From Lytechinus pictus (taxonomy: Eukaryota), in the NCBI RefSeq assembly GCF_037042905.1, contig NC_087251.1, forward strand, positions 26,724,001 to 26,788,000: 64,000 bases of DNA, given 5' to 3'. A program made the translations under genes and the position numbers. Under the pieces are notes generated by a model. That model made no database searches. It saw nothing but the letters and a program-made list of their open reading frames with translations, and was not told the origin of the DNA. Of the stretch, positions 53,986 through 64,000 are shown piece by piece. Within the stretch, counting starts at the first letter, position 1. Each line of letters opens with the position of its first letter.

Positions 53986-54398
53986 AGGCCACCGCACACC
54001 TTACAACTGTTCGCGATCCTATTTTGGAACAAATCGCACTTTGCCCTTTTCTGAAAATGTGAATGGAACATACATTTCATTTGAGGTTAAAATTAATTGA
54101 AAGAATACTAATATAACCATTTTGAAAGATTGCAAACCTTTATTTTGGAGTAAAGGCCAAATTAGTTTCAAATTGTAGCCAATCGTACGACTGCTATGAC
54201 GTCATTACAACTAGATATTAAATTCGCTTTTATTCTAAGAAGGATGATAGCATAGTCACAGATTTGAACATAGGTATTCGTACGATGATTTCGAATATTA
54301 CACAGTAAGATATTCCAAGTCTCAATATTAGCATCAAATTCTACAACATTTTATTCTGAAATCGGGTCGCAGACCAATCGTAAGGTGTGCGGTCGCCT
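53986..54398. mobile_element. PIF/Harbinger-like MITE (413 bp), TTA TSD
   Basis: TIRs AGGCCACCGCACACCTTAC / GTAAGGTGTGCGGTCGCCT; TTA at 53983-53985 and 54399-54401. Confidence 0.85.
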
Positions 54399-54401
54399 TT
54401 A

Positions 54402-55586
54402 AGCCCCTTTCACAATTGACGTACGACCTGTTTACGACCACCTGCAACAGTTTTTTCTTGTTGTTGCACGATCGATCCCTTGGTGTCTTGCGAGCACTCG
54501 CAGTCGTTGTAGACGATCGCACAAACTCGAGGTGGTCGGAGGTGATCGTGACTGGTCGCATCTGAACTTTGAACATGTTCAAAATCCAAACGCGATCAAA
54601 TACGATTGATTCACTCGCAACAGGTCGTACCATCGGTCGGGCGATCATCGTGTGAGTATTGTTCAACGTTGTACGACTTGGTGCGAGAGGTGGCACAACT
54701 AAGTATAGTCGCATTTAGTCGACTGGAGGTCGTACAACACTTGCACATGTGCTGGAGACCTACAGAGACCAGTCTTGCGACTGGGTGCGATAATATGAGA
54801 CTGTTGCAAGACCGATCGAAATTACGGCTTACTACATTCCACTACCGTTGCATTCGCATGTATGCGACCGTTCAGCCCCTTTCACAATTGACGTCCGACC
54901 AGTTTACGACTGCCTGCAACAGTTTTTTCTTGTTGTTGCACGATCGATCTCTTGGTGTCTTGCGAGCACTCGCAGTCGTTGTAGACGGTCGCACGAACTC
55001 GAGGTGGTCGTGACTGGTCACATCTGAACTTTGAACATGTTCAAAATCCGAACGCGATCAAATACGATCGATTCACTCGCATCAGACCGTACCCGGGGTC
55101 GTACCATCGGTCGGGCGATCATCGTGCGAGTGTCGTTCAACGTTGTACGACTTGGTGCGAGAGGTGGCACAACTAAGTAGTCGCATTTACTTGACTGGAG
55201 GTCGTGCAAAACTTGCACATGTGCAAGCGACCTACATGTACAGAGACCTGTCTTGCGACTGGTTGCGATAATAATATGGGCCATAAGACTGTTGCAAGAC
55301 CGATCGCAACGGCTTACAACATTGCACTACCGTTTCATTCGCATGTATGCGACCGTTCCACTCGCAATCCCTCGTGCAACACTCGCATGTGATCGCACGA
55401 GCACAATAAGAGTATATGCGACTTACTCGTGCATCGGGGTTTACTGGTTGTTTTGTTGTACGACAGCTGTTGCAACTGTGAAAGCCTCTGTGCGATCTTA
55501 TGAGATGACTAGCGATTGATGCCTGTTGCAGCCTGTCGCACGACCAAAAGGTCGCAAATGGTCGTACGTCAATTGTGAAAGGGGCT
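54402..55586. mobile_element. PIF/Harbinger-like non-autonomous element with a duplicated 5' part, TTA TSD
   Basis: 27-bp TIR AGCCCCTTTCACAATTGACGTACGACC and its reverse complement; TTA at 54399-54401 and 55587-55589; a second left TIR at 54874 starts a full 713-bp copy after a 472-bp partial copy; CGAC/GTCG-rich. Confidence 0.9.
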
Positions 55587-56025
55587 TTACATAGATGGAA
55601 ACGTCCGTTTGATAGCTGGACGACCCGAGTGGCCATCGACAATTTCTTAGAATTCAAATTAGATTATAGATCATATACTCACAAGTTGAAAGTAACGACA
55701 TCCTTGTCATTGACTTAATCCTGATATACCACATTAATTTCATCCTAAACACGTATAGTAACTCCACGTGTCTCCTGATTCGCTCTATCTGGGATTGTTC
55801 CACGTTGTATAAATCCTAATAGATTGAAATTGCTATGAGCCTGGCGAGCTAGGAGCAATCATCAAACGAGTACCCTCCTTCTTACTCCATATCAAACAGA
55901 GTGATGAAGACGTTGAGTGGGTAAAGAGGAGAGGGTGAGAAAAAAGGTGGCCTTATCTCATTTTAGGATCATTTGCCAATCGAATGAAAGTTAAAAACAG
56001 CTCGGAACTTGAACTCCCAACCACG

Positions 56026-56087
56026 GCGCATGCGCAATCTATAAACCAGATGAATGGAGAGAGAGGATAGAGACAAAGCGCCATTTT
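56026..56087 (+). promoter_or_regulatory. Promoter-like motif cluster (NRF1-like, TATA-like, YY1-like)
   Basis: GCGCATGCGC 56026-56035, TATAAA 56040-56045, CGCCATTTT 56079-56087. Confidence 0.35.
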
Positions 56088-57600
56088 GTTTTCTCACCCC
56101 ACGAGATTTACGCTTGCTTAATTCAGGTTGTCAACACATTTGATCCAGTCTGAAGGTCGAGAACTTGATGCAAAAACCAGGTCTCAGTCAACGGCAAGTT
56201 CTTCTAGAGAGGAAAAAATTGAGTATTGAAAGTTACCTGTATCCTTGAACATGTATGCTTAACACACATGCCTCAGACGATTGAATAATCGTTTTACCGA
56301 TAATCGTTTCAGATGACATCGTCTGCGGGGCGCCATATAATAAGTTTACACACTATGCACAAGCACGGTCATTCTGCACTAATTATGTAAATTGTTATTA
56401 AAATAAGTTGGCTTACTTTATATCAGATATGATTACAGAAAATAGGTCAAAATAAGGAGAAGCGATGTTTTTGTCCACGAAAAAAAGCATTTCCAGCCCC
56501 CCTCCAAAAAAATTGTATTTACAAAAAATCAATGACATGATAAATCAGTTATCATTGAATCGTAAACAAAGTTTATACCTTAAATCACAATGATTTCGAG
56601 TGTGACTTGAATTTTAGAGTAATTATTGTCATTGAATAAACATATATTATTTTCTGTCACTGTTACTCATATGCGCCTCCAATAATCTCATTTGATGCCA
56701 AACAAGAAAAACTATACATGTATAGTTGTAGCATCGAGATTATCATTTGCATTTTGAGCGAAATGACTGTCAAGATATCAAACAAATATCGAGATTAAGT
56801 GAAATACACCAGATAAAAAACTGGTCACAAGTCATGTTACAAACATGTCCAATTCCCGTCAAACTGAGATTTGACGTCATCTAATACGTCAGTGCTGAGG
56901 ACTAATCCTCCGAAGAAATGAGTGAGGTCTAAACGCGTTAATCCTCTGGTACATCTGCAAGTTCATTACACCTGCCATGTATATCTGCCTTGCATATAAG
57001 AAATTCCAGTTCATTCCATTTCATTAACATCGATTCATGTTATTCTGATTGTGTGATGACGTTTTTAAGTTTTGATCGGAAATATTATGGGCACTTTTTA
57101 AAAAAATACATCTTAATCGATTTCCTCATGTGCAGGTGATGTTGAGATAACGTGTGGTAGATAGCGTGTAGTAGATTTTATCCACAGTTTACAATAAAGC
57201 ACAGAGAGGATTCGAACTCCATTACAGGTTTGGTTCCTTGTAAACTTAGTTGTTAGGCCTACCGTGTTTTTACGAATTCTCCCCCCCCCCTCAGTATGAT
57301 AAAGTGTAAACATTGAGATCAAGGTATTGTGTGCCTGTGACGTGAGTTAAAAAAAAAATCATAAAATGCCATTGATAGCTACACTGCTCAGCACTTTCAA
57401 CCTTTCAAATTTAATATAACACATTTATAAAGAGTACCGCAATTGAGGAAACCTACACTTTGCACTGTGGATAACTACATATTTCACAGTGTGGATAACT
57501 ACGGATATGTGGGAGAAATGTTTCAGGTATTTGATACACACATCCTCAAAAGCCGCGCACACCCACGATTGCTTTTCCAGATACGCATACACACATTTAG

Positions 57601-57961
57601 GAGGAGCCGTGGTGTAGTGGTTCTGACTTTCGCCTTGTAAACAGAGGGTCGTGTGTTCGAATCCCATCGCGGTCTGGCGTCCTTTGGCAAGGCGTTAATC
57701 CACACTTTGCCACTCTCGACCCAGGTGCTAAATGGGTACCCGTTAGGATATGAAAGTCATTGTAGCTTGTCCAGTACTGTGTGCGCCTCATCGGCGACTG
57801 TCTGGAATACTCCCCAGGGAGTGGAGGATGTGCACATATTGTGTGCGGGAATGACTGATTGAATCCGATGACCGGGGTAATGATATATCTGTAAAGTGCT
57901 TAGACACGTCGTTTCGATGTATTAAGCGCTATATAAAAGCGGATTATTATTATTATTATTT
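57601..57961 (+). mobile_element. tRNA-derived SINE with L2-like 3' tail
   Basis: A box TGGTGTAGTGG (57610), B box GTTCGAATCC (57655), CORE-like centre (CTTTGGCAAGGCGTTAA...CCCAGGTGCTAAATGGGTACC), tail AAGCGCTATATAAA...(ATT)n; possible TSD ACATTTAGG/ACAATTAGG. Confidence 0.9.
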
Positions 57962-60900
57962 ACAATTAGGCGACTGATATTGTTGATGTCTATGTCTTAC
58001 ATGTAGAGTTTCAACTACATATCATCATGATCACAGTGTAGAATACTATGAATAACCCGAATGGGGGATTGGTGCGTGGGGAAAATAAACACACATATGC
58101 ACGTACATCCTTGCACGCCGCTCTGCACACACCCTCTAATGATTTTCCACACACACACACACTCCCACACGCACACCTCGTATAATAGTCTAACAACTGA
58201 TTTTCACCCATCAACAAACATTCAATGCCAAGGCATTCGCGTCAGGGTGACACCGAGATTGACATTAAATTCTTGCACTGCACATTTAGCCCGTCTGCTA
58301 TCCGATCTCTTGGGATCGATGAGTTTCGATTTCATTAACAATCTGATACACAGCGATGAGTATCATACCTTATTGCTTGATCTGATTACGCCACGAAGCG
58401 TATTGGTTTCAAATGTTTTGATGAAAAAGGGCTGCGCAAGACAATAACCCATGAACATTACTCCGTCTCACATACAAATAATATTATTGGCTTGTTCATA
58501 TACAAACGAGGACATCAAAGTTAGTTTTATATGTGACAATGAATAACATAACTAAGTATGAAAAAAAGAATGATAGCTCAAATCCTCAAAACAATGGTTA
58601 AGATCTACGTTTTATGACAAAGTTTCTAGATTGGCAAATATGAAAATATTTATGTAATCAACAAGGTTAGTTATACCATTTGACATTACACTTGAGCTTT
58701 ATTTTATGAGATGAGAGTGTACTACAAGAAACATAATATAAACACTCATTCACACAAAGATAAAAGTATTTGCATTATTATAGGGGGGTAAAAACATTCA
58801 GATAAAAATGGATTTTCCCCATTTGAAGAACAATCACATCGAAAAATGCAATTTCATAATATAAATATTACTTCAAGATTAGTAGATAATTTTATTTTAT
58901 TGACCTTTTTTTTAATCATTCTTTTATAAACTGACAAAATGAACTTGAAATTTCCAAATATAGAGATGAAAAGATAAATATCATCTCACGAGTAATTTAT
59001 CATCGTTTTGTCACCATTTTAAGTGGCACGAGGGGTCAGTGCAAGTGCAACTGGCAATGGAGGAATGTTACGTGGGAATGTAAAGCTCGCAGGAGAGATA
59101 TGGAAGAGAGATTAAACATTCTTGTTTGCCTGAGGAAACGTCGGCCATTGGGACTGTTTCACCAAGCTGTCCTCAAAGTTATGCATGCCTTTAGGCTCGG
59201 CACCATGTTTCCTTGTTGAAAATTTGCAATGAAACATTGTGAAATATGTATGTTTCGGGGCTAGGCCGGGAAGCCCATGCCCCCCGCTACGTATGGGCAA
59301 CTGGAATTTCCCTTAATGTTGCAACAACCAATTATAAAGTATTTCTAGTGATTGTGATTGTTGTTTAAAGAAATAAAATAAGATTCTTGAAGTTAATCAC
59401 CAACATGTAGATCATACCTTAACTTCAGTTGGTGTGATTAAAAAAAACTAAGAATCCCATAAAGCGTCATATTTGTGTTCAAAAATTTATTTATAACAGG
59501 ACGAACAAGTTTATGAAACAATTCCCCTGAAAATGGCTCAAATTTGTGTCCGAAACGAAAAGAGACTATAGATAAAGACGATGAAAAAGCGAGGGGTCGT
59601 GGATAAAAGAAAGAGATATGCATGATGGAAGCCGACGTGCGGGATGTTTGAGGGTAAACATTGCAACGAAGAGGAAATTAAAAGATCGAGATATAACGAA
59701 GATCGGATAAAGAACCGCCGTGAACTAAGTGAATACAATTGGGAGGCAAATGGCACTGAGTTTCTCAGAAGCAATGACAACCACATAATAAAAGCGTTCT
59801 CAACGAAAATAGTTTTATCATACCTTAACAGCGCACTTGAAATGACTGGCATTCAGATTAATCATTTAAAAAAACGCCGTTAAAAAAAATCTAAAGTGAT
59901 CTTGTAAGTATTGATTAAAATTTCGATCCTTTGTCCAAATAAAATGAAAGATTGTATTGAATGTTTTACTGAATCTCTATCAACGATATGAAATAGGTTT
60001 TGTCGTTCCAAGTAAATACTATAAAAGATTTCTAAGGAGGGCTATATTATCCTTTAAATTTTCGGGCGTTGGGGATACACATAAACCTAATTTCAAACAA
60101 ATAAGTTTGTTCCCGTTCTTCTATTTTTGATAATTCTAGAATCAGAAACACTTCCATTTGTCAGGGCTATGGAACATGAAAACATGTGACTCTAGGGGTT
60201 GGTATGTGGGAATGACGTGTTATCCTTCATAAATGTTCAGGGAATGACTAAACTGAGCTCTGACGACCATTAAAAGCATGTTAAGAGACAACTAAATGGG
60301 AGGAAATGGCGAATGGATACCGTTTAAGAGAAGCAGGTGAAACAGAGGAGAGTCCATGTGATTGAAAGCTATTAAAGACGCCAGAAAATATAAGGCATAT
60401 AATCGCGATGACTGGCGATAGGGACGTGATGCTGGTGGAGATGTGATAGAATGCAGCGTGTGTGAGTTCCATTGAACATTAGTCACATCAAAGGCCCAAC
60501 TCCTTGGTCTTACTGGCAGCAATGGCAGAAACATCTGCCAGTCAGTTCCCTTTCTCACCAATTCAATTAAACGAACGGAATGGCGGATAGCACTGCATGA
60601 CAACCCTGAAGCATGGTCGGCTGTCGTCACGTACTCTAAGCCTCGGCCATTGGAGATATGCCATTATGGAACAAATTTTCGAAAGCTCTCGAGTGAAATA
60701 GGAGCTCCTTTGTGAGTACATTACGATGAATTGATCAGGAATCTTCCCCGTAACGATGTCTTAGGCAATGAATGAAGGGATGGAATGTTTGCAACGGCAT
60801 CTTATCTATCAAAGAACATTAACTGGTCTTGATATGTAAAGGGAATAGTATCTCCTCAAACGACCACGACAAGCATATTGCCCTTTGACCTTTTACAAAT

Positions 60901-62557
60901 AATTGAAAGGTACCCTCAAACATACGAACTAATTTCCTTTCTGTATTCATTACAAATGACTCTTTGGCTCTGATAATTGATATGTGTCTATATATTTCGG
61001 GGTAGGTGGAGTTAATCATGGCATCAGTATTAATAATGTAAGATGAAAGGCAAAAACGAAAATGATTCACTCTTCATCGCCCAAACTAATATTGTCATCC
61101 ACGTTGATCCACCTTTACAATGAGTTATATACCGCGCATTAAAATATGATTTTTTTTCCCTCCACATAACACATCGATAAATGTATTAAATCATACAGGC
61201 ATTTAAACAATAGAGTGTATTCCAAATTATTTTACAATATACAAGCTAGAGTATGATGTGGAAATAGAGACAAGTGTACAAGATAGGGCTTTTCTTTTAC
61301 ATGCTGAAATATGCAATGGAATTTTAAAACTTTCGCTAACACTGAAACACATATCATTTAGAGCCCCTTTGACACAGGTCTATACAATGTAAAAAGTGAG
61401 GTTATTTGTGAAACATTGTTTGAAAGTTGTACCTAACTCATGAACATTTCGGGGGGGGGGGTTCACATCAAAACTCACACGATGGATTACGATATTTCCA
61501 ACACTCACAAGTTATGGAGAATGCTTATTAACGATAATCAAAATACATATATTGTTTTATATATACAGTATAAAAACTATTCTTATATAAGATCAATTCA
61601 CAAAACGAGCCAATCTCTTTGCATGTCCAATGGTATATGAGATAAAAGCAATCAACAGAACGGCGACAATAATTATCTTATGCCATCCAGCTTGATGGCA
61701 TGGCAAGGAACCAAGAATGTTGCGTCTTAGAAAAACAACATGGGTGATCATGGCTGCATGTACCAGTGTAGATATCTCCCTCCTTCATCCCACTCCTTTC
61801 TGCCTTCCCCTCCCTTCCCATTACTCCACCCCTTCGATCTTATCCCTTCCTCCCACCCAAACCCTTCTTCCTCTTCTGCTATATAAAGAAAGACCATGGG
61901 TCTAGAACATGGCGATGTCAAAGGGTTAATGTACCGGAGTGGTATCTATATTGGTTGTAGAGTCCACATCTTGATTCCATCTTTGCCAGACTAATGCCGA
62001 CTATCTTGGGCCATCCTGAATCCTACACATCTTTGTATTGTTAAAATGGCATTAAGTCGTCCATCTGAATATTGGATGCTGCCAAAACATGGTCGTACAA
62101 ATACGACCATGATTATGCGCATCATGAATTCGAGCTGAGAAGATTTACAAATATGAATCTACAGAACCATTGTTCTGAAGTAAATTACTTGAATGCATGC
62201 TTGAAATCCACGGATGACATAATTCTGTTACCAATGCTAGACAGCGAAGTAGGTTTAGAATAACAACTCGTTTCCATAGTCACCGTCCTATTTTCTGCTT
62301 CGGGTTCGATGCTTTTCAAATAACCTTAAGTACTTTTTTATATTTTCAAACAGCCAGAGTCATTACTATTCAATTTTAGAAGTGCTTTTAATGTTGATGT
62401 AATATGAGCTACTTTAAGACGCAAATCGGCAACACCTGCGCTACGAGGAGTTATGAAAACAATCGCAAATTTCAGCGTCAGTATTACTTTCACCGGTCCT
62501 CAAAAAAGATGAGGGGAATAAAAAGCGGAGGTAAAAAGGTAGTAGAACAGGACTTAC

Positions 62558-63312
62558 CTGGGAGTTTAGAATGAACGCGTATCGTGTGTGGTTAATACCG
62601 CTGGATGCTATCCGGGTAATGGAGAGTATATCCAAAAGTAGAGGTGCAGCTACGCGATGGGTGGTGATGATGTTGGTGATGATAGTAAGGGCAAGGCGCA
62701 CATGCAGAGAGCGGAGATGGGCTGCTAACTCCTTAACTATTCCACAAGATCAAACCAAGACAGGTGCAGGCATAAACACACGGTCCTCGAGTTCCAAGGG
62801 ATGGAGTTCCTCTCTCCCTCTCTCACCCTTTCTCTTTATCTCTCCCTTGCTGTGTATCTATATCGCTTTATCTTTCCTTATGTCATCCAAGTATCTTTGA
62901 AAAGGGCACGGAGATATAGTGTTGTGCACGGCGGGGTTGCCGATGTTGGCAGGGCCGAAGCGGACGAATATAAACCAGGCAGCAGTAATCAAAGAGGGGT
63001 AACTCAACACGTCCTCAGACTAGAAAGAAAGGGAATGGTGCGCGTGCTGATGACGGTACTCGCTGGTTGACGGTCTAACTCTTTCTGATGAAACTAAGTT
63101 TGATGATGCTTGGGTCTTGCTATCTCTTGACGCCCCTCAGCATCCCACCGTTCCAGCTCTGGCGCTTATGCGTCGGTGGACGCGATACCATGCCTGAGAG
63201 CGGCGTGTGCTCCATTTAAAAGCAGCAAAAATAACTCCTCATACTTTCACGCAAACCTGAGCCGACATGGACTCACGTCTCTCTCTCAAACGTGTCCCCT
63301 CTCACTTATATA
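62558..63312 (-). promoter_or_regulatory. Candidate TATA promoter and non-coding first exon of a minus-strand gene
   Basis: Minus strand: TATATAAG at 63312-63305, then ~720 nt of GC/CpG-richer sequence, then the perfect donor CAG|GTAAGT at 62560-62552; no convincing ORF. Confidence 0.4.
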
Positions 63313-64000
63313 TACATACTTCTCTCTTTCAAATCCGGCTTAAATCCCTTAATGTTTCCGAAGATTGAATTACAGTCCTATCACGATCACTTACTACGTT
63401 TTACATTCGTGTTGAAGAGAGTCGATAATAGCCGACCTAACATAGCCACTGTAAAATAATACGAGAGAGGTTTATTCAGGTTAAGAACGTGATAATCTAA
63501 CCTAGCAGCTATACTCCCGAGGAATAGTTCGCCCAACATCTGCTTAAAATGTTGTCAAAGTTATTTTCTCAGAGACCCTTTCCCATGCAGTACAAATACC
63601 TTACCCCCGAAGACACAGCTGTATTGCATATAGTATTCACTGAAAACCGCATCTTGTTCTAATTCCTTTTATCCGTATTGGTGACATTTGCAAAGCTGGT
63701 GGTTCATTGAAAGAATTATCCAGTATTTATGAATTTTCAATCTACTTTTTTAATATTTACTCGAGTCTATTTATTTGAAAAAGTTTAGATTCTTCCACTT
63801 TTCGTTTGTAAGTTTGGAAATTATTGGAAAAAATAACACGTTTATTGTTCTTATAAAAAACAAAGGACTGTAAATCAAAGAATATAGCACGTCGTGTAGA
63901 ATTCAAGAGGGTTTCAGTGTTTTAGATTTTTTATGAACCTTACGTGTATGAATAACATGTCATTGGCTTTTACTTCACCATTAGTACACTTTATCACATA

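Noticed and set aside
54334..55657. Cluster of 88-141 aa ORFs
   Set aside because: They lie within a GC-rich non-autonomous element and show no DDE transposase or Myb-like motifs.
57463..57502. CACTGTG...CACAGTG mini-element with duplicated TGTGGATAACTAC
   Set aside because: Too short to distinguish from a local slippage or template-switch duplication.
57601..57675. tRNA gene
   Set aside because: A and B boxes are present, but the sequence continues into a SINE body and (ATT)n tail with no oligo-T terminator; it is a SINE head.

Overview
AT-rich animal genomic DNA with no recognisable intact protein-coding gene. The six-frame ORFs are short and mostly spurious, so the window looks like a gene desert or a very large intron. 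The repeat types suggest a marine invertebrate, probably a sea urchin (inference). The main structure is a 6.3-kb element (23905-30212) with split direct repeats arranged A...BA..B, an AAT trinucleotide at both ends and at the internal B/A junction, and heavily decayed but colinear RT, RNase H and tyrosine-recombinase-like motifs. This fits a PAT/Ngaro-type (DIRS order) retrotransposon whose repeats are identical by eye while its coding region is dead, and it carries a Helentron-type (HINE) insert with a ~150-bp tandem array. Also present: an 872-bp near-perfect foldback nested in a CAC-ended DNA element, many Harbinger-, hAT- and CACTA-like MITEs (two pairs stacked on a shared TSD), candidate transposon excision footprints (TA to TACATGTA seen twice by paralogue comparison, and a 23-bp P-element-like scar with a 7-bp TSD), a 415-bp inverted duplication flanking 4.8 kb, a tRNA-derived SINE, decayed Penelope and CR1/L2 fragments, and a candidate minus-strand promoter and non-coding first exon near 62.5-63.3 kb. 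All alignments were done by eye.
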